A stretch of DNA of 64,000 bases, from NCBI GenBank assembly GCA_963845085.1, contig CAWJQI010000004.1, positions 1 through 64,000 of the forward strand. Reading direction: 5' to 3'. The first letter of the stretch is position 1. Every line of letters begins with the position of its first letter. Shown in pieces: positions 1 to 9,465 of the stretch. The notes below the pieces were generated by a model. It did no database searches and was not told where the DNA came from. It saw only the letters and a program-made list of their open reading frames with translations. A program made the translations under genes and the position numbers. The stretch is from Candidatus Fermentibacterota bacterium. GTDB lineage: Bacteria > Fermentibacterota > Fermentibacteria > Fermentibacterales > JCC-6.

Positions 1-51
1 GGCTTCCCCATTAGGTAGACACTTCATAGAGTGACACTTCCCGCAGCCGCT

Positions 52-423
52 CTACCCCTCCACCGGCCTGACCATCCCCACCTTCAAACCAAGCTTCCCG
101 ACAATGGGAAGGGGTTTCACCTTCCCACCGGATGCGTTCACGAGCCCATTGATGAACAGGGTCAGAAGAGGGATGCCAATGAACAGGCAATAGATAATCA
201 TGAAGATCAGTCCGATCAGCGGGATGAAGGAGAGAATCCAGAGGAAACCGGAAAGCATCCATGCCAGCATGATCACAAGGCTCTGCTGGGCGTGGTAGAG
301 GACGTATTTGTTATCCTTGCTCGTAAGGTAGGCGACAAGGAAGCCCGGCAACCCGAAATAGGCCACCGTTGCCATGGCCTTGCCCTCCTCGATCTCCGCG
401 GAAGTGATTCCAAAATCGTTCAT
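52..423 (-). CDS. DUF4870-like small membrane protein
   Basis: 123 aa ORF with three hydrophobic helices, 'YVLYHAQQSL' and 'GKVKPLPIVG' family-like motifs; GGAGG RBS. Confidence 0.75.
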   Translation of the reverse strand: MNDFGITSAEIEEGKAMATVAYFGLPGFLVAYLTSKDNKYVLYHAQQSLVIMLAWMLSGFLWILSFIPLIGLIFMIIYCLFIGIPLLTLFINGLVNASGGKVKPLPIVGKLGLKVGMVRPVEG

Positions 424-448
424 AGGTTTCCTCCAGTGAGATATTCCT

Positions 449-917
449 TCAGGGCGACCACTCGCTGAACCTGATCTCCGTCACCATTCCGGCTTCATCA
501 AGCATCAGAGTCAGGCGGCACCCAGCTCCGGATTCGGTTACGACCTCGCGGACGATTGCCTGCCCGTCCCGCGAAACAAGTTCCGGCATCTGCCCGCAGG
601 AAAGCACCAATCCATAGTCCAGGGCTTCTTCCTCTGAGACGGGATGGCCGGGAACGAGCGAAGTGACAATTCCTTCGGTGCCGATAGCCCTGTCTTGTCA
701 GAACAGCATCTGCGAACTGATATCGTTTGATGTAGTAATCCCATGGCTCGATGCCGAAAGCTTCGGAAGCCTCTCCCCAGGTCGGGATCAGAGCGTAGTT
801 TTCCTGCGAGAAGTCGACGTTCCTGAATGAGGTTTCGTCAGCCAGTTCGATGACATCCTGCGCAATGCAGGCGCCAGACAAGTGCAGCAGCAGTATACCA
901 AGAAGCAGCCGTCTCAT
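449..917 (-). pseudogene. Secreted hypothetical protein, frameshifted as assembled (+1 near 690)
   Basis: Signal peptide MRRLLLGILLLHLSGACIA; protein-like sequence continues in another frame (DRAIGTEGIVTSLVPG...EIRFSEWSP*) to TGA at 449-451; span is 3n+1. Confidence 0.55.
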
Positions 918-1020
918 GAGCCCCCCCGTTTCCGTGCACTCCCGTCAACCTGCCCGGATCGAGGCGCAGCATACGCGGGAACAGCCTCAAGGTCAACGAG
1001 CAGGGGTGCCGCCGGTTCTT

Positions 1021-1076
1021 ACCTGAGGAGATAGAGTTTCTGAAAGCCCTCTTCAGGGTCCAGTTCCCACGCAAGT
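1021..1076 (-). repeat. Direct repeat copy 1; orphan gene 3' tail
   Basis: 42-bp core 1035-1076 matches 1581-1622 with one mismatch; minus strand reads ...HGILAWELDPEEGFQKLYLLR*. Confidence 0.85.
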
Positions 1077-1173
1077 ATCCCGTGGGGTGTGATCTCGGTT
1101 GCCCAGCTCCCGACCAATTTCAAGGGCACGTTCAAGGGTGTCAACAGCAAGCGCAGCCTGAAATTCATTGTTT

Positions 1174-1491
1174 CTACGGGATCGTTCCCTCCGCTGCATC
1201 CTGCCGTCTTGTTCCGAGTTCAGAACATTTGCCGCCTGAATGGCTCCGTGTTCGGGAATAACCAGGGGGAGGCTTTCTCCTTCCTCCCCAGCTCGATCTT
1301 GTTGTCGCATTTTGCGACATCAAGATCATGTGCTCTTCCCCGGTCAACTGAAACATGAAATCTTCCGGAAACTTGGAAATGTTTCTTCGTACCTGTTCAT
1401 TCAACCGTCTCGTCTCCACACCGTACAGCCTGGCAAGATCAGAATCAGAAATCACACTGACGACTCGGACATTGATGATGCTCGATTGCAA
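1174..1491 (-). pseudogene. ORF6N-domain protein, degraded
   Basis: DSDLARLYGVETRRLNEQVRRNISKFPEDFMFQLT...GGRRK; the conserved continuation EHGAIQAANVLNSE lies in another frame (shift in a G run near 1268); C-terminal part missing. Confidence 0.8.
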
Positions 1492-1566
1492 TCTTCCGCT
1501 CTACAAGGGTTTCAGATTCTCCGGACAATTCTATTGAGATTCCCTCCATTCATCTGGATGACAATC

Positions 1567-1622
1567 ACCTGATCATGAGAAGTTTCTGATAGCCCTCTTC
1601 AGGGTCCAGTTCCCACGCAAGT
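1567..1622 (-). repeat. Direct repeat copy 2; orphan gene 3' tail
   Basis: Minus strand reads LAWELDPEEGYQKLLMIR*; same spacing of the acctga flank as copy 1. Confidence 0.85.
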
Positions 1623-1653
1623 GAACCGTCCCGGACGGCCGGTGACCCGGGCA

Positions 1654-2490
1654 TCATCCCCGCCACTCGCCGATACCGTTCCAGTGCATTTCAAGGGTTC
1701 TTGAGCCGGGCATGCTCCAGAGTCTGTCGAACATGCTCCGCATGGAGGCAATGCCGCCGGTGCTGTCCAGATGTACGCCGATGCAGTACGCGAGGGGCTC
1801 CAGCTCGCGGTATTGTTCGTCGCCCGAGGAGTAGGCCGCGCAAAGCCTCTTCAGGAGTTCGACCTGCTCCGGTGAAGACATCTCCGCAGCCTGTTTCATC
1901 AGCCGGGCCTGTTCCTCGCGTTTCTCGCGGCTTGCTCTCTGCTTTTCCTCCTGCTCTTTCTCGCGGGTGCTCCTGATAGAAGCTTCATGCTTCCTGACGG
2001 CTTCCCCGGCGGCGTTCCTGTCCGATTCGCTGATGGTGCCTGCACTGACTGCGATCCTGTTCAGCGCCTCGACAATGGCGTCATGGATATCAGCCTGTTT
2101 CTCCTGTTCGAGAGCCGCTGCGAGGGACCGGATCGCCCCCGGGTGGCCCAGTTCCGCAAGAGATCTGACGGCGTTCTCCCGGGTATTCCGGCTCACATAC
2201 CCAAGGTTGTCAATGAAAACCTTGAGTGCGCGTTCGGGGTCGATCCTGACGATGCCTGATGCAGCGTGGTAGGCCGCGCTTCCGTTGTTACCGGTTCTCG
2301 TGTAGCTCACCAGAAGATTGAATGTGTTCCTGTCGGCAAGGCGGGACAGGGCGGCCAGTACGCTGGCATCAACATCATCGTCACCGAGTTCAAGAAGCTT
2401 TACGAGCTGCCTGGTCTTCCTTCGCGCCTCCAGTCTTTCGACCTTCCTGTTAATCCTGTGGATACTCGGAGGACCCCAGAAACCGAACAT
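1654..2490 (-). CDS. HEAT-repeat (PBS lyase-like) protein
   Basis: Start MFGFWG after an AAGGGG RBS; repeats such as TRENAVRSLAELGHPGAIRSLAAALEQE; coiled coil; C-terminal WNGIGEW. Confidence 0.7.
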   Translation of the reverse strand: MFGFWGPPSIHRINRKVERLEARRKTRQLVKLLELGDDDVDASVLAALSRLADRNTFNLLVSYTRTGNNGSAAYHAASGIVRIDPERALKVFIDNLGYVSRNTRENAVRSLAELGHPGAIRSLAAALEQEKQADIHDAIVEALNRIAVSAGTISESDRNAAGEAVRKHEASIRSTREKEQEEKQRASREKREEQARLMKQAAEMSSPEQVELLKRLCAAYSSGDEQYRELEPLAYCIGVHLDSTGGIASMRSMFDRLWSMPGSRTLEMHWNGIGEWRG

Positions 2491-2623
2491 GTCTACCCCT
2501 TTTCTTTTGTTCCAAAGCATCGGCTTTTCATGCTGTTCTTCTCTGCAACCGGCGCCGGATCTCCGGCCCCCTTCCCCTTTCGGCGGGGATGGTTCTATGT
2601 TGGGGGTGTTCAAGGAGGTGTTC

Positions 2624-3040
2624 ATGGATCGCAGGGAAGAGGCATTGGGTCTTCTCAAAGACGTGCAGATGGTGCATCTGGCAACCTGGGACGGTGAGCG
2701 GCCAAGGGTTCGTCCGATGAGCCTGGTCTTCGACGGGAAAAGATTCTGGGTTTGCACCGGATCGAAGGATGCCAAGGCCGGGCAGCTTGCCTCGCACCCG
2801 GTGTTCGAGTTCTCGCTGATGCTCGAGGGGGAGGGCTGCAGGGGAACACTTCGGGGTTCGGGACGAACAAGGATGGTCACAGACCAGGACGAGCGGCGCC
2901 GTGTTGCGGCCATCATCCCCTTCTTCGCCGACTACTGGAAGTCGCCCGACGACCCCGGTTTCTGCCCCATCGAGCTTCTTGTCGACAGGATGGAGCACAT
3001 GCGGCCCGGCGAGATGACGTCGGAGGCGTTTCCGGTCTGA
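2624..3040 (+). CDS. Pyridoxamine 5'-phosphate oxidase-like FMN-binding protein
   Basis: HLATWDGERPRVRPM...K...P motif; AAGGAGG RBS. Confidence 0.85.
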   Translation: MDRREEALGLLKDVQMVHLATWDGERPRVRPMSLVFDGKRFWVCTGSKDAKAGQLASHPVFEFSLMLEGEGCRGTLRGSGRTRMVTDQDERRRVAAIIPFFADYWKSPDDPGFCPIELLVDRMEHMRPGEMTSEAFPV

Positions 3041-3082
3041 GCGGCGGTCTGCTGCCTTCAATCCGAGCCCTCGGCATGCGGC

Positions 3083-3412
3083 CTAAGCCAGCCCGTCAAC
3101 GGCGCCGACAAGATTCTGCAGTGCGCCCGCAAGCGACATGACCTTGTCGATGATCGCCAGGTAGCTGTTCACCTGGACGATGCTGTCCATGATCTGCGTG
3201 TTCGCCTGGAGAAGTTTTGCGTTCACCTCGAGGAGCGCGGGGGCATCCGTTTCGAACACGTCCTCGGCGTGGTGTCTCCAGAAATTCCTGTACCAAACCC
3301 CGAGGTTGTAAAGCTCCTCCCTCTCCTCGGGAGAGTACTTGTCGCTCACCGAAAGCCAGAACAGCTTTACACTTATCTCGGCGAGACTCTGGTCGATGAC
3401 CGTCTGCGGCAT
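3083..3412 (-). CDS. Hypothetical helical protein
   Basis: 109 aa ORF, AAGGAG RBS, 10 bp downstream of the lipoprotein gene. Confidence 0.65.
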   Translation of the reverse strand: MPQTVIDQSLAEISVKLFWLSVSDKYSPEEREELYNLGVWYRNFWRHHAEDVFETDAPALLEVNAKLLQANTQIMDSIVQVNSYLAIIDKVMSLAGALQNLVGAVDGLA

Positions 3413-3422
3413 TTCATTCTCC

Positions 3423-4379
3423 TTAGCGCTGCAGCTGTTCGATCGCATCGGCAGCTGACCGGACCCTTTCAGAAAACACGTTCATTGCTGAGACAAGGGC
3501 ATCGAGAGTCACCCTGTCCCGCTCGTCCGAGAGCGAGAACCGGTAGAGAGCCTCGTTGGCGTCACGCATTGCTCTGATGAGGCCCGCCGGATCAGCAGAA
3601 GCAAGCGCGTCACGCCTCTGCAGAACCCGGTCTATCTCCGCGAGCAGCTCCCGCCGTTCGGAAAAGGTCATCCCCGTGCGGTGATCGTTGTAGTAGCGGA
3701 TCAGGGATGCTGCGAGCTGCACAAGGCCTGACTCGACCTGCGGAATGACCACGTTCCGAAAATCACTCTCGAGCTGATCGAGGATGGCGGCAACCGGTCC
3801 GCTGCCCTGCCGGACTGCGATGGTGACAAGCGAATCGCGCGCCTCCTCGGCGGCGGACTGTACAACGATCCCGACCAGGCTTCCGATCGGCCCGGCATAC
3901 CTGCCCGCAGTGGGGTCGGAGTGCGAGCCGGCAAGCTCTTCGAACGCCTGCTGAAGGCTGTCGAGTGTTGAACCGATCCCGCCCATGGCCGCGCCGATGC
4001 GCATCGGGGCATCGGAACCGGCCAGTGCGGCGAGGCTGCCGGTGTAGGCCCCGATCAACCTGATCGCGTCAAGCCGCGCTCTCACGCTCTCCGAGCTGAA
4101 CGGACCCTGCATGAGCGGCGTGGGGCCGGAACCATCAATGCCGTTGATGTCTGCATCGTTGTACAGGGCGCACCTGAGATAGATCTCGCGCTCGAACGAG
4201 TTCATTTCGGAGAAATAGCGGCCGAGGATCGGTGCTGCGGCTTCATATGTCTCGCTGAAGGATGCCACGGGCCCGGTGTAGACCGAGCTTCCGCAACCCG
4301 CAGCCAGCAGGGCGACGGCCAGGGCTGGAACCACCGATCCCGCCCGCCGCATGCATGAACGGATTCTAAACCGATTCAC
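3423..4379 (-). CDS. Hypothetical alpha-helical lipoprotein
   Basis: Lipobox LLAAGC; GTG start after GGAGGGGG; start uncertain. Confidence 0.7.
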   Translation of the reverse strand: MNRFRIRSCMRRAGSVVPALAVALLAAGCGSSVYTGPVASFSETYEAAAPILGRYFSEMNSFEREIYLRCALYNDADINGIDGSGPTPLMQGPFSSESVRARLDAIRLIGAYTGSLAALAGSDAPMRIGAAMGGIGSTLDSLQQAFEELAGSHSDPTAGRYAGPIGSLVGIVVQSAAEEARDSLVTIAVRQGSGPVAAILDQLESDFRNVVIPQVESGLVQLAASLIRYYNDHRTGMTFSERRELLAEIDRVLQRRDALASADPAGLIRAMRDANEALYRFSLSDERDRVTLDALVSAMNVFSERVRSAADAIEQLQR

Positions 4380-4737
4380 TGGAACCCCCTCCCGTTGTTC
4401 TTCGAGTGTCCGGTAACGGTCAGTCACCTGAAAATGCGGCAGCCAACCTCTTCATTCCCCCGTCAGCGCTCCCCGGACAAAGAACTTATCAAGTTTTGCG
4501 CGCTGTTTCGTGAAACTCGTTAAATTGATAATTTCCATCTTTTGCCCTGTCAACTGTGGCATGTCACGTGCTATTGGTCTGTTTATCAGTGCTTCAAATC
4601 CGGCTTGATGCGTTTCATCCCGTGCGCTGCATCGACCGGACCTCAGCCGGCGAAGCGGTTGCCGGTGGCCGGGACGGTGCGTTATTCTTAAGCGGAATGC
4701 CTGTGCTGAACTGTCCACCGTAACGGAAGGGACTTGC

Positions 4738-5361
4738 ATGAAGCTGTTCATGGCACTTCTGTGCGCCTTTTCAACGGCGCTTGCCTTCGGGGGACCGGAG
4801 GAGGACTACGCCTCGGAACCGGGTGACCTGGCATGGAGACCTGATCCCGCAACGCTCTGCATCGTCACGACCATGGGCGACACCCTGGAGTTCACCGACA
4901 GCCATAATGATTCATGCTACTACTCCGATGACTTCCGTGCGTACAAGCTCCTCTCCCGCCTTGCGGAGAGGAACCTCTGGGTCATCGAGATCTGCGGGTA
5001 CGAGTGGAGAAGCTGGATGCTGGTGAACGGCGAAAGCGGCCGCATCGACACCACAATCTCCGCCCCCCTCCCGAGCCCGGACGGGACCAGGCTCGCATGC
5101 GCGATGGATGACTTATCGGCCGGCTTCGTCGACAACGGCATTCAGGTCTGGAGGTTCGACAACGGCGGCCTCGTTCTCGAATTTGAGGACATCTCGGTCC
5201 CGTGGGGGCCTATAGATCTAGCATGGGAAAGCGACAGCGAAATTGTTTTCGGGAAGCTCATTTACGGCTCGGAGTCCTGTGAGTTCGAAACACGCCCCGG
5301 AAGGCTTTCGCTCTCGGATGACGGGAGCTGGGTTCCCGACAATCCCGCTGACTGGGAGTAG
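4738..5361 (+). CDS. Secreted hypothetical protein (PD40-like beta repeat)
   Basis: Signal peptide MKLFMALLCAFSTALA; PSPDGTRLA motif. Confidence 0.7.
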   Translation: MKLFMALLCAFSTALAFGGPEEDYASEPGDLAWRPDPATLCIVTTMGDTLEFTDSHNDSCYYSDDFRAYKLLSRLAERNLWVIEICGYEWRSWMLVNGESGRIDTTISAPLPSPDGTRLACAMDDLSAGFVDNGIQVWRFDNGGLVLEFEDISVPWGPIDLAWESDSEIVFGKLIYGSESCEFETRPGRLSLSDDGSWVPDNPADWE

Positions 5362-5556
5362 TTTCGGTCACTGCGGCGTCACCACCAGTGTTCCGGCAAC
5401 AGGGGATGGCTTGCGGCTTTTGGGGGGTTTCCGACCGCCGGCTCCTGGATCGCACCCGGCGTTTCATCCGAATGCATGGGGCTCCCGCGGGATAGAATAG
5501 CCGGACCCTTTTTGCTGTATTATCGTTCTGCCATTCAAACCACAGGGGGGAACTCT

Positions 5557-7104
5557 ATGAGAAAAGCAATGACAGCCTTGCCGGTCGCGATCCTTATCAT
5601 CTCCTCATGTTCAAGCCAGGTGGTCAGACCCGGAACTGACATTCGGGGCGCACTTCCCGAGAAAACGCACACCCTCGCCGAAGTATGGGACGGTGCAGAA
5701 GACGCCCTGATGGAAATCTGGCAGCCAATGCCTCTGGACGTCTACACCGAGGCGCACAAGGTGTCGGGCAGCGGGATCATTGTCATCGATGTGCAGAGCC
5801 AGGACTTCGACGCAGTTGCCGCGGTCATCGACGGCACGGGCTCACTCGTCGCCTTCAACGACAACTGGGGCGGCACCGACAACGCCAGGATAGTTCTCGA
5901 CGGCGCCTCCGAAGGCACCACGCTTCTCGTCTTCTCCCCCGACGACTCGAGGGGGCTCTACGACGTGAGGGTCCGCGAGGGCTCGACCGCCGAGCTTGAG
6001 GAGTTCATCGGTTCGTCCGACCTTCAGTCCGGACCCGTCATTGCCACCCTCGAGCCGGGGGCGTGGAATCCCCGCATCGGTGAACTTCTGAGTGAAGCTC
6101 TCATGACCGACGTGTACAACACCAACTATTCCCGGGCAAAGCTTTATCCCTTCACTCTTGCCGAGGGCGCCCTGGTCTCCCTGTCTCTCACTTCGGAAGC
6201 CTTCGACCCGTACCTCGTGCTTGCGGCGGTCGACGCTGGGGCACTCAGTTTCGTTGCCTACAACGATGACTACGACGGCACCGGCTCGCGCATAATAAGC
6301 GAGCTTGAAGCAGGTGAATACGTTGCCGTGGTCATGCCCTACTCTGAAGGCGGGTTCGGCGAGTTCACCCTTGAACTGAAAACCCTGGACGCCCGGGCCA
6401 TGGAACCCGTATCGGTAAGTGCCGAAGCCGAAGGTGTGGAGTACACCGGCGAGATCAACACGGACAGGAACCTCGCAATGGCCTGGTGGCCGGATATGGA
6501 AAGCAACTGGGAGGCCCCCGCCTTCCTCACCGCCTTCACACCTGTCGCAGCATTCACCTTCACAGTGGATGAGCCTGCGCCCTTTACGCTTGGCGCATCC
6601 TCAGAGATGGATGTCTGCCTCACGCTTCTCAGCAGCTACGACGGCTTCGTTCAGTACATGGGGTCCAACGACGACGGACCAGACATGGGCACCGACCCTG
6701 TGCTTCCCGTGCTGCTGATGCCCGGTGACTACGTCGCACTGGTGTCGACCTACAGCGGAACGGACCAGGGCGGGGTCACGTTCATCCGGACCCGCGAGAG
6801 CGTGAACGTGAGCAGCCTGGAGTTCGGGAGGAGCATCCAGGTGAGCGCCCCCTACGAGACAGAGAACCTCATCTACCGTTTCTCCGTCACGGCGGGCAGG
6901 ACGTACACCGTTTCAGTGACGAGCGCTGACCTCGACCCGGTTATCACGCTCCACCTCCCCGACGGCGCGCTGCTGAGTGACGATGACGGCGGCGAGGGAA
7001 CAAACTCGCTGCTCGATTTCACCGCGGGACAGGCCGGCACCTGCTACCTTGAAATCCGCAAGTACAGCCCCGCCGATGGAAGCTTCACGATAGAGCTCCG
7101 CTAA
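5557..7104 (+). CDS. Lipoprotein with four PPC-like (pre-peptidase C-terminal) domains
   Basis: Lipobox IISSC; four repeats ending in ND(N/D) or DDD motifs (AFNDN, AYNDD, GSNDD, SDDDG). Confidence 0.75.
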   Translation: MRKAMTALPVAILIISSCSSQVVRPGTDIRGALPEKTHTLAEVWDGAEDALMEIWQPMPLDVYTEAHKVSGSGIIVIDVQSQDFDAVAAVIDGTGSLVAFNDNWGGTDNARIVLDGASEGTTLLVFSPDDSRGLYDVRVREGSTAELEEFIGSSDLQSGPVIATLEPGAWNPRIGELLSEALMTDVYNTNYSRAKLYPFTLAEGALVSLSLTSEAFDPYLVLAAVDAGALSFVAYNDDYDGTGSRIISELEAGEYVAVVMPYSEGGFGEFTLELKTLDARAMEPVSVSAEAEGVEYTGEINTDRNLAMAWWPDMESNWEAPAFLTAFTPVAAFTFTVDEPAPFTLGASSEMDVCLTLLSSYDGFVQYMGSNDDGPDMGTDPVLPVLLMPGDYVALVSTYSGTDQGGVTFIRTRESVNVSSLEFGRSIQVSAPYETENLIYRFSVTAGRTYTVSVTSADLDPVITLHLPDGALLSDDDGGEGTNSLLDFTAGQAGTCYLEIRKYSPADGSFTIELR

Positions 7105-7193
7105 CGGTCTTCAGGCTCCCGGAGCCACCGGGCCGGCGCTCTGGCCGGCCCGGCAGCCCCGGGCCGGGGAAGAGATATGTCTGAGGCAAGCGC

Positions 7194-7610
7194 ATGACCG
7201 GTATTGCTTTTACCGCCCTTCTGACGGGCCTCGTCATGACCTTTGCCGCATGCACTCCCGGCGGTTCCACGCCTTCAGGCGACGCCGATGCGGCGGCTGC
7301 CTTCAGGGATCACCTGAGCGGAATCGTGGTGACAGGGGGTGGCGTGGTCTCGAGGATACTCGCCGACGACAGCGAAGGCAGCCGCCACCAGCGTTTCATC
7401 CTTCTTCTCGAATCGGGACAGACCCTTCTCGTCTCGCACAACATCGACCTTGCACCGAGGCTCGAGCAGCTCGCTCCGGGCGACACGGTGGCCTTCCGCG
7501 GGACCTACGAATGGAACCCGCAGGGCGGCCTGATCCACATGACCCATGATGACCCGGAGGGGGATGGCCCGGGCGGGTGGCTGAGGTTCGACGGAGATAT
7601 CTACCGATAG
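7194..7610 (+). CDS. DUF3465 OB-fold lipoprotein
   Basis: DDSEGSRHQRFIL...HNIDLAPR...YEWNPQGGLIHMTHDDP; lipobox FAAC. Confidence 0.85.
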   Translation: MTGIAFTALLTGLVMTFAACTPGGSTPSGDADAAAAFRDHLSGIVVTGGGVVSRILADDSEGSRHQRFILLLESGQTLLVSHNIDLAPRLEQLAPGDTVAFRGTYEWNPQGGLIHMTHDDPEGDGPGGWLRFDGDIYR

Positions 7611-7735
7611 CAATCGCCGGCTGACTCCTGCTGCGCGGACCTGCGCCGTTTCGCCCCGTACGCACCGCCGTCTGTCCGTCACCGCAGTTTACATGCATAT
7701 TGCGCACAGCCTCAGACACGTCTGGAGGGGAACGA

Positions 7736-8320
7736 ATGGAATTGTCGGTTCATCCTCTCACGCCCGAACGCTGGAAAGACCTTGAAGAGGTTTTCCAGTC
7801 GAAGGGGTGCTCGCAGGCACGGGGGTGCTGGTGCATGTACTACCGGGAAACCGGAAAGCAGAACTACCCACCCGGTTCCAAACCCTCGGAATGCAGGAAG
7901 CAGCAGTTGAAGGAGCTAGCCCGATCGGGTCCCGCTCCGGGCCTCATCGGCTATTCCGGTGAAAAACCGGTCGGGTGGGTCTCACTCGGACCAAGATCTT
8001 CGTTCCTGAAGCTTGCAAAGTCACCGGTGATGAAACCGGTTGACGACGAACCGGTCTGGTCGATTGTCTGCTTCGTGGTGCCGGCTCCCCACCGCCGCTC
8101 GGGCGTGGCAACGGCGCTTCTTCGAGGTGCCGTAGAGTACGCGAAGGAGAACGGAGCCAGGATCATTGAAGCGTACCCGGTCGACAGGACAGGCCCCGGG
8201 CATGACGAATGGCTCTGGTTCGGCACGAAATCGATGTACGACAGGGCCGGTTTCACGGAGGTCGCACGAAGACGGGCCGAGCGCCCCGTGATGCGGCTTT
8301 CGCTTGCCGGGTTGTTTTAG
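7736..8320 (+). CDS. GNAT family N-acetyltransferase
   Basis: CWCMYYR N-terminal motif; acetyl-CoA motif A HRRSGVATALL; EAYPVD. Confidence 0.88.
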   Translation: MELSVHPLTPERWKDLEEVFQSKGCSQARGCWCMYYRETGKQNYPPGSKPSECRKQQLKELARSGPAPGLIGYSGEKPVGWVSLGPRSSFLKLAKSPVMKPVDDEPVWSIVCFVVPAPHRRSGVATALLRGAVEYAKENGARIIEAYPVDRTGPGHDEWLWFGTKSMYDRAGFTEVARRRAERPVMRLSLAGLF

Positions 8321-8360
8321 TGGGGGCAGCTTTCCAAAACGGGACATGGGGGTGAAAGGC

Positions 8361-8699
8361 ATGAGCGAGTTAACCGATTTCCTCGTGGAGGTGTTCGAGC
8401 AGTTTGGAACGGTCACCGTCCGAAAGATGTTCGGCGGATACGGCGTGTATCACAGCAACGTGATGTTCGGCCTTGTATCGGGAGACACGCTGTACCTGAA
8501 GGCGGATCCCGGAAATGTCCGGTTCTTCGAGGAGAAGGGTCTCAGGCCCTTCGAGTACAAACGGCTCGGTAAAACTGTGAAGCTCTCCTTCTACCGCGCA
8601 CCCGAAGAGATGATGGATGACCGGGAGGAGGCTGCGGTATGGGCCCGCCGTTCATACGAGGCAGCCCTGCGCAATGCGGGGGATGATGACCCCTGGTAG
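8361..8699 (+). CDS. TfoX/Sxy N-terminal domain protein
   Basis: RKMFGGYGVY...MFGLV...LYLKAD signature. Confidence 0.9.
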   Translation: MSELTDFLVEVFEQFGTVTVRKMFGGYGVYHSNVMFGLVSGDTLYLKADPGNVRFFEEKGLRPFEYKRLGKTVKLSFYRAPEEMMDDREEAAVWARRSYEAALRNAGDDDPW

Positions 8700-8739
8700 T
8701 TGACGAACCGGCCGGTCGTTCCGGCCAACGAGGGATGGA

Positions 8740-9465
8740 ATGACGGAGACGGCGTATTCTAAGGCAGCCCGGTACTACGACGTGATTTACCGGTTCAAGG
8801 ACTACGCCGGGGAGGTGGCCCGGCTTCTCGCCCTGCCGGAGTTTGCGCATGCCGGCACAACGATGTCGCTTCTCGACGTCGCTTGCGGGAGCGGCCTTCA
8901 CATCGAACAGCTCGGCACCCGCTTTCATGCCGAGGGGCTCGACATCTGCCCTGAGCTGCTCGAGCTGGCCAGGCGGCGCAACCCCGGAACCCTGTTCCAC
9001 CTCGGGGACATGAGGGCGTTCAACCTCGGAAGGCGTTTCGACATCATTTTGTGCCTCTTCAGCGCAATCGGATACACAGGCAGCACCGAGGGGCTTCGTG
9101 CAGCGATGCGGTGCATGGTGCAGCACCTTGCGCCGGGCGGCGTTCTCGTGATCGAACCATGGTTCACGCCGGGAGACTGGAAAACCCCGACAGTGCACGC
9201 CCTTCACATCGACGAGCCCGAGCTCAAGATCTCGAGGATCAACACGAGCCTGGCGAGGGGCAACGTCTCCGTGCTCGATCTGCATTACCTCGTGGGAACG
9301 CCATCGGGCACCGAACACTTCGTGGAGCACCACGAACTGGCGCTTTTCGAGAGGAGCGAGATGACAGAAGCCATGGAGGATGCAGGCCTGCTCGTGAGAT
9401 ACGACCCCGAGGGGCTGACCGGCCGGGGGCTTTATGTCGGCACGCTTCGGGAGGAAAGCTCATGA
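8740..9465 (+). CDS. Class I SAM-dependent methyltransferase (TylM1/DesVI-like)
   Basis: YDVIYRFKDY, LLDVACGSG, GDMRAF, CLFSAIGY, IEPWF motifs. Confidence 0.85.
   Translation: MTETAYSKAARYYDVIYRFKDYAGEVARLLALPEFAHAGTTMSLLDVACGSGLHIEQLGTRFHAEGLDICPELLELARRRNPGTLFHLGDMRAFNLGRRFDIILCLFSAIGYTGSTEGLRAAMRCMVQHLAPGGVLVIEPWFTPGDWKTPTVHALHIDEPELKISRINTSLARGNVSVLDLHYLVGTPSGTEHFVEHHELALFERSEMTEAMEDAGLLVRYDPEGLTGRGLYVGTLREESS

Noticed and set aside
1021..1622. Repeat pair as CRISPR, DGR template/variable repeat, or integron attC
   Set aside because: Only two copies about 500 bp apart; mismatches are not confined to adenines and there is no reverse transcriptase; no RYYYAAC/GTTRRRY ends or dyad structure.
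4380..4737. AT-rich intergenic region as a riboswitch or ncRNA
   Set aside because: No recognisable conserved motif or convincing structure; consistent with divergent promoters. An Rfam scan would settle it.
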